Shown here piece after piece: positions 24,040 through 38,700 of a stretch of DNA of 64,000 bases (positions are counted from its first letter, which is position 1; every line of letters begins with the position of its first letter). Source of the stretch: Octopus sinensis (lineage: Eukaryota); NCBI RefSeq assembly GCF_006345805.1, contig NC_043015.1, positions 40,982,001-41,046,000 on the forward strand, read 5' to 3'. The notes under the pieces are model-generated. The model made no database searches and was not told the origin of the DNA. It saw only the letters and a list, made by a program, of their open reading frames with translations. Position numbers and translations under genes: made by a program.

Positions 24040-27000
24040 GTAAATCTTTAATCTCTCTGATTAACTTGTATCATTAACTTTAGCTGTTGTTATTTAACCC
24101 TAGGCCACTCCTGATCCAGTTGGTAGTTGTGATCAAAGGTATTGCAACCATGACCTCTCCATCCATATTTTTTATATCTAGAACCACGTTGTCCAACTTT
24201 ATCATGTTCTTCCTTTTTCTTTCTTTTCTTTTATTCTTTTACTTGTTTCAGTCATTTGACTGTGGCCATGCTGGAGCACCGCCTTTAGCCGAGCAAATCA
24301 AACCCAGGACTTACTCTTTGGAAGCCTAGTACTTATTCTATCGGTCTCCTTTGCCAAACCGCTAAGTTACAGGGACATAAACACACCAGCATTGGTTGTC
24401 AAACGATTTTGGGGGGACAAACACAGACACACACACACATATATATATACAGTGGGCTTCTTTCAGTATCTGTCTACCAAGGCTTTGGTCGGCCCGAGGC
24501 TATAGCAGAAGACACTTGCCCAAGGTGCCACGTAGTGGGACTGAACCCGGAACCATGTGGTTGGTAAGCAAGCTACTTACCACACAGCCACTCCTACGCC
24601 TATTTATTTATTTTCTTTTAAGACTGTAGGATGTGATTTGAGGAAGATTTGGCTGTTATTTTTAGGAAGTTGCATAGCCACATAATGACTTTGTCATTGG
24701 TTCATGGTTAGTTTAGGCTATTCTGGTTGCTATGAGCAACAAGTTTTATATGTAATCTTTTAAGAAAACCATGTTTAATGGGTATCTTCTTCCTCGAATC
24801 TCGTTCTCCCATTCCAATGCATGTCTGCAAAAGATTTTTCACTCAGTTTTAAACAAAAGAAATCAATTAATAAATCATTGTCATCGTTTAACGTCTGCTT
24901 TCCCTGCTAGCATGGGTTGGATGGTTTCACTGAGGACTGGCAAGCCAGGTGGCTGCACCAGGCTCCAATCTGATCTGGCAATGTTTCTATAGATTGATGC
25001 CCTTCCTAACGCCAACCACTCCGTGAGTGTAGTGGGTGCTTTTTACGTGTCACCGGCATGGGACTAGTCAGGCGGTACTGGCAATGACCATGCTCAAATG
25101 GTGCTTTTTACATGCCACCAGTACAGGCGCCAGTTAGGTGGTTCTGGCATTGGCCACATCAATGACTTCACTCAACAGGTCTTCGCATGCACAGTTTATT
25201 GCCCAATGAAACAAAAGGAAATTTTCTTTTTTTTTTTTGACATATTTGATCAGTATTGTATTTATATGTACTATTAACTTGTTTCTTTGTTGCCCACACG
25301 GGGCCAACATGTACATGTATGCTTACATTACACATCCAGCAGATCATATTAGACTCAATCCTCTCTAGCCTTTGCATGTCCTCTGCATTCAGGGCCCACG
25401 ACTCATGACCATGTAGAATTACCGTCTGTATATATGCATCGTATATAGAAGGCGGCGAGCTGGCAGAAACGTTAGCACGCCAGGTGAAATTCTTAGCGGT
25501 ATTTCGTCTGCCACTACGTTCTGAGTTGAAATTCTGCTGAGGTCAACTTTGCCTTTCATCCTTTCGGGGTTGATTAAATAAGTACCAGTTACGCACTGGG
25601 GTCGATGTAATCAATTTAATCCGTATGTCTGTCCTTGTTTGTCCTCTCTGTGTTTAGCCCCTTGTGGATAGTAAAGAAATAGGTATATATGCATTGTATA
25701 ATCTTCCTTTCACTCAGAGAGAGAAACCTTTTGCTGCCAACCTCTCTGAATTTTCTCCACCCTATTCTTATTCTAACCATTACACTCTCCATACATCTTC
25801 CCCCACTACTAATTTGGTCCCCTAGGTAGCAGAAATTATCCATTACCTCTAAAGATCCCCTGGGACATTTGAGAAAATTGATTCCCCGGGTATCAGCAGT
25901 TTCTATGACCCCTGTCCATCTTCCACTCACCAGAACCACTTTCTCTGATAATCTTCCTGTTATTCCAATGCACCCCTTTTGTGTCCATAACTTACATTGG
26001 GTGCTTTGTTACTGTAATTTATGTTCCTGTGAGAATATACAGGTAGCTTCTCTCACCATAAGGGATTCTGTCTATGATGACAGACCAGTGTTCTACCCAG
26101 GGTGGCTATTATCTCTCATCCACTTCATATGTTGAGTCTATTCATTTATTTGATGATGATGATGATGGTGATGACTGTTTCACTCTCTCTGTCATTCATA
26201 CTGCCTCCCTCCATACTCCCTTTTCTCTTTACTTATTCTCTCTCTCACTCCTTCCTCTCATTCCTTCCTTTCACTTCTCTCTCACTCCTTTCATTCCTTC
26301 CTCTCACTCTCCCCTTTATTCATTCTCACCCTCCTCCTCACTCTTTCCCACTCTCTCCCTCTTTCATTCTTCCTCTCTCTCTCTCTCTCTGCTCTCTTTC
26401 CTTGTCGGTCTCTCTCTTACTTTCTCTCTCTCCCTCACTTTCCTTCTGCCTCTCACTTTCCCCCTAACACATTCTCACACTCATTCCTTCTCGCTCTCCT
26501 CCTCCAGAATAATCACTCTGAACAATGGCCTGAGAGCTTTGCTGATCTCCGATCTTCGAGACACCGATGAATACTCGGAGATCACCTTTACCAGTGACAC
26601 TGAGGAATCAGATGCCGATTCTTTGCCCGACGATGTACAATCGGACACCGATGAAAGTGAAAGTGAAGGCAACCCACGCAACAAACGATGCAACATCGGA
26701 AACAAGAAGAAGGTAAACTAAGCCCCTTCCCTCGTCACCCCAAGCACTCCCCCACCACACAATGCTACAAGAAATTTTGCCATAAACGCTTCTGCTGGAG
26801 AAAAATTCATCATCATCGTTTAACATCCGTTTTCCATGCTAGCACGGGTTGGACAGTTTGACCGGGGTCTGGGAAGCCAGAAGGCTGCACCAGGCTCCAG
26901 TCTGATCTGGCAGTGTTTCTACAGCTGGATGCCCTTCCTAACGCCAACCACTCTGCGAGTGTAGTGGGTGCTTTTTACGTGCCACCGGCACAGGTGCCAG

Positions 27001-30000
27001 GGTAGTCTGGCATCGGCCATGATCGGTTGGTGCTTTTAACGTGCCACCGGCACAGAAGCCAGTCGAGGCGGCGCTGGCATCGGCCACGTTCGGATGGTGC
27101 TTTTTATGTGCCACCGGCACATGTATCACAACTACTATTTCCATTGATATTCACTGTAAGAAATTTCCTTTTAAATGATCTCATCACCTTTTTTTAATGT
27201 TTGTGTTGAACAAAGATTTGTCTATTTAATGCTGTTATTAAACCTTTTATTATTATTATTTTAAAAAGCAGCACAAAGTTTTGTCAGTGAACAGGTCCCG
27301 GTCTCAAAGCGACGGAAATATTTTGACAAATTAAATTTAAATGTTGAAGTGAATCTTACGGTTTTTGTGTGTTTCTTAAACGGCTTATAAACACCTTCCA
27401 CGCTGCAATTGTTTTCGTTCCAGCACACGATCTCAGATCAGGTCACTTGCTATGCAAGTACATCTCCATAATATATATATATGAGGCACAGAATTTTGTC
27501 AGTGAACAGGTTGCGGTCTCAAAGCGATGAAAAGATTTTGACAAATTAAATTTAAATGTTGAAGTGAATCTAACGGTTTTTGTGCGTTTCTTAAATGGCT
27601 TATAAACACCTTCCACGCTGCAATTGTTTTCATTCCAGCACACGATCTCAGATCAGGTCACTTGCTATGCAAGTACATCTCCATAATATATATATATGAG
27701 GCACAGAATTTTGTCAGTGAACAGGTTGCGGTCTCAAAGCGATGAAAAGATTTTGACAAATTAAATTTAAATGCTGAAGTGAATCTAACGGTTTTTGTGT
27801 GTTTTCATTCCAGCGCACGATCTCAGATCAGGTCACTTGCTGTGCAAGTACATCTCCATAATATTATTATTTTATTTCTAAAAAATATGCTTTATTGTTG
27901 TCCGTTAGATGAAATTTCCAGACTTGCCATTTATCTTCTACTCTATTCCCATTTCTCTGTATGTGTGTGTGTATGTGTCTGCAGTTTGTGTATGTCCCTT
28001 GTATGCACATGCATAGCTATTGTGGGCGTGTGTAAGTACCGTGTTTGGGGACTTGTGTAAGGAGCTGTATCCCTTTTATCCCTGTCTCTTGTCTTCTTGT
28101 CCTCTGTGTTGGAAAGGGAGAGTGGAAGCATTAGTTTGATTCTGACCCCTTTCTACACACACACACACACACACAGTGATGCAAGTTTCGTTATTGTTTT
28201 TGTAGGCTGCTGCTGCCCTTTGTGTGGGTGTTGGTGGAATGTCAGACCCTCCAGATATTCAAGGATTGTCACACTTCCTGGAGCACAGTGAGTTCTCTTC
28301 TCCACATTTCCTTCTCTAATGTTTAGCAAATGTTTGAGGTAACATCCAAGGTTGTTTGCCATCGTCTGTTCTTGTTTAACCCCTAGACTTTATATGTGAT
28401 CCACAATGACTAAATCAGATGGGTAACAATCATGAGCTCTTTTAAACCTTTAGCATTTAATCCAGCCATATTGTCCCCAAATATTCTACCTATTTTATGC
28501 TCAAAATAGCAAGATCCTGACTCTCACACCTACCTTGCCCACCACTACAGAATTGAGATCCTAAAATCAGGGGCCATGTAAAAGCATTGGAATTGATGTT
28601 TGTGACATGTAAAAGGCACTGGTGATGGCGCCATGTAAAAAGGATCCAGGCCATTCTGTAAAGTGGTTGGCATTAGGAAGGGCATCTTGCCATTGAAACC
28701 CAGCAAAAACAGAAAATGGAACCTGGTGCAGCCCCTGGCCTTGCCAGGTCCTGCCATGCTGTCCAACCCATGCCAGCATGGAAAACAGGCGTTAAATGTT
28801 GATGATAATGATGATGATGATATTGGTGATGACATCATCGAAAGATGATAAACAGTTGGTTGAAAACAATGTGGATAAATAAACATTACATTTGACAGAT
28901 TAAAGATTTGAAGGATTATCATCATTTAACGTGTGTATTCCATGCTGGCATGGGTTTGACAGGATCTGACAGGTCAGAGGGCTGTTTGGGCATGGTTTCT
29001 ACGACTGGAGGACCTTCCTAACACCAACCACTGTAGAGAGAGTACTGGGTGCCATTTTCATGTCGTTGACACTAGGGAGTTTGTCAAGGAACTTGCAAGA
29101 CAAGCACTCAAACCTTTATTGAGTGGTGGTGGTGGTGGCAGCGGCGGTGGTGGCTTATGCTGGGTGTTGAGAAGCAAGGGTAGGCCAGACTGACAGAAAA
29201 CAAGTGTCTTGATGTAGAGGAGATACATGGCTACCCCAGTTGGTAGTGATGATGGTACAAGATATACCTACAAGGCACCAGGTGGCCATCATCACCATCA
29301 TCATCATCTTTTAACGTCCATTTTTCCAAGCTGGCATGGGTCGGACAATTTGACAGGATTTGGCAAACTGCCAAACTGTGTCCTGCTCCAATATCATCTT
29401 TGGCATGGTTCCTACAGCTGGGTGCCCTTCCTCATGCCAACCACTTTACTCTGTGTACCGGGGGCTTTTCTTACTTTTTTTTCTAGTTCCACTGACACTA
29501 TTGGGGTTACCTATGCAGACGGCATTGTCTACCTCATGTCATACTCTAAAATGTGCATTTGTTACTCTCTGTTTCAGTGGTGTTCATGGGAAGTAAGAAA
29601 TATCCAAAAGAAAATGAATTTGATGATTTCCTTGCACGTCATGGTGGATACTCAAACGCTTGGACAGATTACGAAGCCGTATGTAGATTTGTTATGGTTT
29701 TTTGTTTTTTTTAATATTTTTTAATATGGCTATTTAGGGGGCCTCATGCTATTTTGATCTTCTTTAAACACTGTCGGCACACTATTTTATACATCAACAC
29801 TGCCTACAAACTGTTAATTACTTATCAATACTGTACATGCAATGGTTCAGTGATTAGGGCAATGGACTCACAGTCGTAGGATCGCGGTTTCAATTCCCAG
29901 ACTGGGCGTTGTGAGTGTTTATTGAACGAAAACACCTAAAGCTCTACGAGGCTCCGGCAGGGGTGAACCTTGCTGTACTCTTTCACCACAACTTTCTCTC

Positions 30001-31888
30001 ACTCTTTCTTCCTCTTTCTGTTGTACCTGTATTTCAAAGGGCCAGCTTCATCACATTCTGTGTCACGCTGAATATTCCCGAGAACTACATTAAGGGTACA
30101 TGTGTCTGTGGAATGCTCAGCCACTTGCACATTAATAAATGAGCTGCGACGTCATTGGTACCAAGCTGTATCGGCCCCTTTGCCTTTGCCTTTCCCTTGG
30201 ATAACATCAGTAGTGTGTAGAGGGCGACTGCTGGTCTTCCATAAACAACCTTGCCCAGACTTGTGCCTCGGAGGGTAACTTTCTAGATGCAATCCCATGG
30301 TTATTCATGACCGAAGGGGGTCACACACACATGCTTATTTTATGCATTAACACTGCATATATACCATCATTTGATATAATGACATTCTACACCCTGTTAA
30401 TTTCTATACCCCTACATACTATTAACCCTGTCTACACCTTAATTTATACATCGGCAATATCTACATACTATTAATTTATGCTAATTAACAATGGCTACAC
30501 AAGATCATTAATATTTCAACTCTGTCTTATTAGACAGCGAGTTGGCAGGCTCATTAGCATACCAGGCAAAATGCTAAGTGGCATTTCATGTTCTTGCATT
30601 CTGAGTTCAAATGCTACTGAGGTCAACTTTGTTATTCATCCTTTTGGGGTCAATAAAATAAGTCCCAGTTGAAATCTGGGTGGGGTCACTATAACTGACT
30701 TGCCCCCTCCCTGTTGTTCCTGTTGTAGAATGGAATATTTTAACTCTGTCTCTATACTCAATTTTTCATCACGGTCTCTAGTTTGTTAATTAATTTATTC
30801 TTTTTTTTAATTAACTTCATTTCACAGACGGTTTTTTACTTCAACGTCCAACAGAAGTTCTTTGAGAAGTCTTTGGATATGTTTGCTCAGTTCTTCATCT
30901 CGCCCCTTATGAGAGAGGACAGCGTCAACAGGGAGATAAAAGCTGTCGACAGTGGTAAGTGGTGCCCTCTTTTGGATTTGGGGGACTTGCAGGGTTGTCG
31001 ATGATATTTATGCTGTCTGGCTTGGGCTCTAGTGTGGTCACTGGGAGACTGATCATAGATAGGACCTTGAACATAGCTGGAACCTGGGTTAGAACTGAGA
31101 TACTGGTCATAATTGGATAGTTGGGACTTTGGTCGTAATTCTGGAGTTCTGGTCATAGTTAAGACATTGGTCTTAATTAGATTATTGATCATAGCTGTGA
31201 CATTGACCCATAGCAAGGAAATTGGGCATAGTTGTGACAGTGGCCATAGGGCAGTGGTCAGTGTGGGAATTTTTGTTATAACTGGGAAGTTGGTCACAAT
31301 ACAACCCCAGTGACAAGACCATACTCTACCTTGGCCAGAATCTTTAATTCCAAAGGCGGCGAGCTGGCAGAAACGTTAGCACGCCGGGCGAAATGCTTAG
31401 CAGTATTTCGTCTGCCATTACGTTCTGAGTTCAAATTCCGCCGAGGTCGACTTTGCCTTTCATCCTTTCGGGGTCAATAAATTAAGTACCAGTTGCACAC
31501 TGAGGTCGATGTAATTGACTTAATCCCTTTGTCTGTCCTTGTTTGTCCTGTCTGTGTTTAGCCCCTTGTGGGCAATAAAAAAAATAAGAAACTTTGATTT
31601 CAATCCATTGCTGAAGAATACAGTGTATGTAATGTGTATAGGACCAAGACTTGTATGGAATAGATATTATTCTATGTCCAAAGTGACCAATAATGTTGTC
31701 CACCACATCACGTATCCATCTGTTGTGTTCTCTAACATCTTCTTTGGTCTGATTCCTACAGAATTTGAAGAAGGACGTCCTGATGATGATAATCGGTCTG
31801 CTCGTCTATTGGCCAATCTCTGCAGAACCGGTCACCCAATTGGGAATTTTATTGAAGGTGAGTAAATCTCTAATATGGATCTGGTCAG

Positions 31889-31944
<56 letters not shown>

Positions 31945-32715
31945 CTTATGTTTGACTTTTGCTTTACATTTGTACAAGTTGGCTCCAAGTCTCACCCAGA
32001 GACCTCAAGAAACAACAGGTTGAAAGTTTATGTTGGTGATATGCCTAGGGTGCCATATATTTGGTTTTGTACATAGTATCGTTCTAGAGAATAAGAAAAT
32101 TATGTTTGTTTTAAAACTTGAGATTACACAGAAAGTATTTTACGTAGGATATGGTCAGTTCCTATGAGCACTATCTTTTGAATTTCTGCCAATTTGGGGT
32201 TTCCTGGTATCTGAGCTAGGTAGCAATCAGCCCCTTTTGCTATCATTCCTAGGGCACCTATGACAACAAGTATTGTTTTAGTCTTCAGGTTATTATTATT
32301 ATTATCATTATTATTAAATAGACACAGGCATGGCTGTGTGGTTAAGGAGTTCAATTCCCAGCCACATGGTTTTGAGTTCAATTTCACTGTGTGATACCTT
32401 GAGCAAGTGTTTGAGCTGACCGGAACTTTGTGAATAGATTTGCTCAAAGGAAACTGAAAGAAGCCTGTTGTATTTCTATGTGTGTATGTTTTTCTTGACA
32501 TTGCTTGTCAGTTGTAAATGAGTGCCACTGTCATACAAGTGGTGTTCTTTGTTCTGAATCTTGTATGGAAAAAATGTCCAGTCACAGGGAAATATAACGT
32601 TGCTTGGAAAGAAGGTGAAGGTTTGGTGACTGGAAGAGTATCCAGCCATGGAAAATCTGCCTCAACAATGTCTGTGTAACTTATACAAGCATGGAAAAGG
32701 GCTTGTTAAAGCTGC

Positions 32716-32746
<31 letters not shown>

Positions 32747-35700
32747 GAGGTAGTGAGCTGGCAGAATCGTTTGCATGCTGGGCGAAAAATGCTTAGCGCC
32801 ATTCCGTCCATCCTTACGTTCTGAGTTCAAATTCCGCTGGGATTGCCTTTTCCTTTCACCTTTTTATTGGCTCTCAAAAGGAGGAAAGGCAAAGTCGACC
32901 TCGGCAGAATTTGAACTCAGAACATCAGGATGGACAAATGCTGCTAAGCATTTTACACAGCATGCTAATGATTTTGCCACCTCACTGCCATTTTTAATGT
33001 TATTGTTGTTGATATTATTATTATTATTATTATCATTATTAAGGTGGTGAGCTGGCAGAATCATTAGCATGCCGGGCGAAATGCTGAGCAGTATTTCGCC
33101 TATCGCTACATTCTCAGTTCAAATTCGGCCAAGGTTGACTTTGGCTTTCATCCTTTCAGGGTCGATAAATTAAGTACCAGTGAAACACTGGGGTTGATGT
33201 AATCGACTTAACCCCTTCCTGCCTAATTTGAAGCCTTGTGCCTCCAGTAGAAAGGATTATTATTATTATCAGTATTATTATTATTATTAGTAGTAGTAGT
33301 AGTAGTAGGTAATGGGCACAAGACCTTAAATTTCAGTGGTTGGGTATTCGATTACATTGACCCCAGCAGTTGACTTATACCTATTATATCAACCCTGAAA
33401 TGATGAAGGGCAAAGTCAGCCTCAGCAGCATTTGAACTCAGAATGCAGAGCCACAAGAAATGCTTAGCGACATTTTGTCTGAACTTACTAATGGTTCTGC
33501 CAGTTCATCACTTTCGTAATAATTCACAGAAATATTACAAACTGACCCCTATCGTTTGGTTTTAGGTAATATTACGTCACTTCGCACTGATCCCAATAAA
33601 GATAACATTGATGTGTACAGCCGACTGAAGGAGTATCACCAGAAGATGTATTCTGCCCATTTTATGACCCTTGCTGTCCAGTCAAAAGGTAAGCAAACCA
33701 CTTCTATTCGTGTGTGTGGCTGTGTGGCTGTGTCAGTTGTTATTATCTTTACAACCAAAGGGTTCTGGATTCAAACCCTCTCCGTTGCTCCTTGGGCAGG
33801 TGTCTTCTAATTTAACCTCAGATTGCACAAAGCCTTGGCCAAGTATCTCCACTCTAGCTTTGTGTTGAACAATACCTTGAGCAAGTACTTTTTCTCTAGC
33901 CATAGGTCGAATGATACCTTGGGCAAGTATCTCTACTCTAGAGTTGGGTTAACCAACACCTTTTGAATAGAGTTTAGAAGAAAACTGTGTGGAAGCTGAT
34001 CTGGTGAAAAATATGCACATTGTTAAACCAATAAACTGATGCATTGAACGAAACACTGTGTTGTTTATTCCACCCGAGTTGCACAGACACTCCCTTTATC
34101 ACTAATGCTGTTGGAAATTCCTTAAACCAATGATTGAGCTGTTGGAAATCAATAACCCATGCTGCTGCTGTTTACAAAAAGCATGTTGCTGAAAAGAATC
34201 ATCATCATCATCATCGTTTAACGTCCACTTTCCATGCTGGCATGGGTTGGACGGTTTGACTGAGGACTAGCAAACCAGATGGCTGCACCAGACTCCAATC
34301 TGTTCTGGCAGAGTTTTACAGCTGGATGCCTTTCCTAACGCCAACCACTCTGAGAGTGTAGTGGGTGGTTTTACATTCCACTGGCATGAGGGCTAGTCAG
34401 GTAGTACTGGCAACGGCCTCGCTCAAGTGGTGTTTTTTACGTACCACCTGCACAGGAGCCAGTCCAGCGGCACTGGCAATGACCACCTCACTCGAATGTT
34501 TTTTCACACTCAAATGGTGTTTTTTATGTGCTACCTGTACAGGAGCACCTGCACACACCTGTTGAAAAGAATATACAAGAAATAATGTATTCAATGCCTG
34601 TACAATGTCACATGCTCTTTGGTGAAGGGATTAGATTATCAGATCAACCCCCACCTACTTCCCAGTATTTGATTGGCACTTATATTACAGAGCCCCAGGA
34701 AGGTAATGGATAAACTGATTCTGGCAGGATTTGAACTCAGTATGTACTGGAATATAAGTAAATTATTTGAATGGCTCTGAATAAACTGCAGGAACTTGAG
34801 GAAATCAAACTGATGCCACAGCCAGTATATACATAGTTCCTTCAGATTATTGCTTGTTCCATTCCATGGTCCCATGGCTCACCTCTTGTGTTCATGATGC
34901 TTCATCAACCAAGAGGAGGTGGAAGCCTCTGTGAAGGAATCGTCTTCACCTCGAAGGACAAGAACTGGTATCAGCATGGGATCAAAGAACTGGTAGAAAG
35001 ATGGCTTCAGACAGTGCAACTCGATAGCCTCTGCTTTGAATGCTTTTGTTCTAAGTTGACGAATAAAACAAATAAGTTACCAAAATATTGCAAAACTTTT
35101 GATTCGACACAATACTCTGGATTATAATAATAATTAATAATAATAATAACAATAATAATAATGAAATTATTGTATACATGCTGGTGGCACGTAAAAAGCA
35201 CCCACTACACTCTCGGAGTGGTTGGCATTAGGAAGGGCTGCCAGATCAAGATTGGGGCCTGGTGCAGCCATCTGGTTCGCCAGCCCTCAGTCAAAATCGT
35301 CCAACCCATGCTAGCATGGAAAGCGGACGTTAAATCATGATGCTGAGGTGCACCACAACTTGTCAAAAGTGTGTATAAAGCATATGCAGTAATGTACAAA
35401 TGTCTGGAAAGCGAACAATGTATGAGTCAGATACATACTTGTGTGTGTATGGAGGGGAGAAAATCAGGTGTAGCGTTGGCGAATCTCAGGAAGCATGGAA
35501 GTTTTGAAGGATGCAGTGCTCCGACAACTAACAACTGATGCCGGCAGTTTGTTCCATGCTTCAGCAACTCTTAGGGTGAAAAAAATGTTTCCGAAAGTCT
35601 TTGTGTCTCTAATTCTTGTTCTTCATTAAGTTTCTCTTGTAAATTCTTTGATTTTTCAGAAACCCTCGATGTTCTCGATGAATGGGTCAGAGAAATATTC

Positions 35701-38700
35701 TCCCATATTCCAAATAAGTAAGGAATTTACCATTATTGATTTTTTTTTTTTTTTCAAAATAATTCTATTGATTTGAGCAGACTGGAGTGAGGTGTGGGTG
35801 TCATGACCTTTTAATGACTTTCTGCACCACTGATTAATTAAGACTAATGATTGAGGTGTATAATTTGGACTGATTTGCGTGTGTATTATATTGTATCATC
35901 ATCATCACCATCGACATGGATTGGACAAGTCTTGCTTCTTGTGGTCTTCTTCATCTTCCACACACGGCAATGGAGAAAATGGGCCACATTTTTTGTGTGC
36001 TTTGTATTGTGTGTGTGTGTACCTTAGATAACTTTCGGTTGAAGATTGACACAAGCCATGTCTGAGTTAATAGCACCACCTGACAGGATCTTCTTAGTTA
36101 TTTTTAAGTGAAGTTTTAGGGTATCAAGGCCCATTCAAGCAGCGAATTGTTGTTGACTGTGATATATCCAGGTATAGGTAGCTTATCTGGTATCCGTTGA
36201 AGAAATTTGTCCTGATTTTGTTTGAAGGTGATGGGATCTTTTTCTTTGATTTTTTTTTGGGGGGGATGCTATTAAATAGATCAGATCCTGCTGAGGGAAA
36301 ATGATTACGTTGCAGTGTATTTTTGTGTTGTGAGCCTGAATTGTGTCTGGATATATATATATATATATATATATCATCATCATCATCATCGTCGTTTAAC
36401 GTCTGCTTTCCATGCTAGCATGGGTTGGACGATTTGACAGAGGACTGGCGAACCAGATGGCTGCACCAGGCTCCATCTGATCTGGCAGAGTTTCTACAGC
36501 TGGATACCCTTCCTAACACCAACCACTCTGAGAGTGTAGTGGGTGCATTTACGTGCCACTGGCACAAGGGCCAGTCAGGCAGTACTGGCAACGGTCACAC
36601 TCAAGTGGTGCTTTTTATGTGCCACCTGCACATAAAAAGCACATAGGAAGAAGGAAGCCATAGTTGACCTCTGTCAGAATTGAACTCAGAACACAGTGGA
36701 ACATAACTTAACTGAATGTACCACATGATGTTAAGTCTGTGGTTCCTCTACTAATTTCGTTAACCATAACCTTTAATATTAATATTACTAATATCTGACA
36801 TTGACAAAAATGATTTTGATTTTTAGAAAAACTTAACCAAAAGTTGTGCAAGTTTTACTTTAAGAGTCATTCCAGCTTAAAAAGATGGCAACAAAGACAA
36901 TATAAGTTTCAGCTAGAAATAGGGACAATGAGTTGTGGATGTGTTTTATAAAGGCCTTGTCTGTCCTTTGATAGTGACCATCACTTCTGTGAATATCCTA
37001 TTGAAGAAATATTTCCTTTTGTTTTTTTTTTCAGCAATGAAGCTAAACCGACATTCTTACACGAACCAGTAAGTTTACTTTTTAAGGAGTTTACAAAGTT
37101 TGTTTTTGTTATTCTGAACTCTTGATTGATACAACTGTGTTGTCTGATGTTTATCCTGCGGTCAATTAAGAATAAACAGACGTATTATTGTTTGAAGTTT
37201 TGCTGTTCTGCCTGCACCCCATGAATTGTTTTTAGTTTAGAAGACATCAGCTTGCATTGGCTCATAATTTGTTCACTGATTTCTATGAATAAAAACCTCG
37301 TACATTTGTTTGATTCATTGGTCCAAGAGTTGCTCTCACTGAAAAGACCCGGTTAGATCGAAACAGTGCAGTTTCTCAAAGTCCCCTTTCACCTGTGAAT
37401 TTCAAGTGTTATTCAAAAATATCAACAATAAAGGACAACATCATCATCGTTGTTTAACGTCCATTTTCCATGCTAGCATGGGTTGGACAATTGACTGAAG
37501 TCTGGCGAACCAGATGGCTGCACTGGGCTTCAGTCTTGATCTGGCAGAGTTTCTACAGCTGGATGCCCTTCCTAACGCCAACCACTCTGAGAGTGTAGTG
37601 GGTGCTTTTACGTGCCAGTCAGGCGGTACTGGCAACGACCTCGCTCAAATCTTTTACACATGCCACCGGCACAGGTGCCAGTAAGGCGATGTTGGTAACG
37701 ACCACGCTCGAATGGTGCCCTTTTTACGTGCCACCGGCACGGAGGCCAGATAGCCGCTCTGGCAACGATCACGCTCGGATGGTGCTCTTAATACCCTACT
37801 AGCACGGGGCTCGAGTGCCAGTAAGGCGACGCTGGTACATTTAGATATTCACATTTAAACCTGCCAGAATGTATTTCAAATGGATATGCCACTATTTGCA
37901 TTCTCGCTGCCTACGTGCACCTCTTGAATTATTCACAGTTATCTCCCTTTTAGTTTTAGGACGGGACAAACAGACTTCTACAGACATATATCGTCAATTA
38001 TTTAGATGTTTGTCTCGTTTAATTTAGTTTCATACAAAACTGATTTCTTTTTCTTTTCACCTATTTTCAGTGTCCTTTTGATACAGCAGAATTCTCCAAG
38101 TTCTACCACGGTAAACTAGTCACATCTTATGTTTATTTATAATTCCTCTTGCCTGTTTAGACCCAGTCTCGCCCTGGCTGAATACACCTATGATCCTATC
38201 CATGGTTTTCTTAAGCACTCTGAATCAGATCTTACCTTATGTCCATGTAGTCTTACACATTCATTTACATACACACAGACAACAACACACATGCATACAT
38301 ACACATACATACACATTTACAGGACAGCTCACACATAAAGATAACACTGCCCCCCCCTCCTCTCTCTCTGTTGTCAATAAAATATTCTATGTCTGTCTGT
38401 GTGTCATTTCAGTTGTGTCAGTGAAAGACACCCACAAGGTCTCATTGAACTGGGCTCTGACCCCTCTTCTTAAACATTATGAGTGAGTATATACACTTCC
38501 TTCTTCACCGTCTGTCTGTAACATCAGTCGTGTATAAACTTACATACATGTTTAAGTGTGTGTATGTATGTGTGTGTGTGTGTGTGTATACACATACAGG
38601 GTGTAGTGAATAAACTGTTGTCTAAATTATGCAAAAATGAAAATAACACTGATAACTCATTTTAACAGATATATTTACCAAAATTACATAAAAAGTATCT

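Noticed and set aside
26074-26721. 215-aa ORF as a stand-alone gene
   Set aside because: The first two thirds are the translated (CT)-rich intron tract; only 26508-26712 is a real exon.
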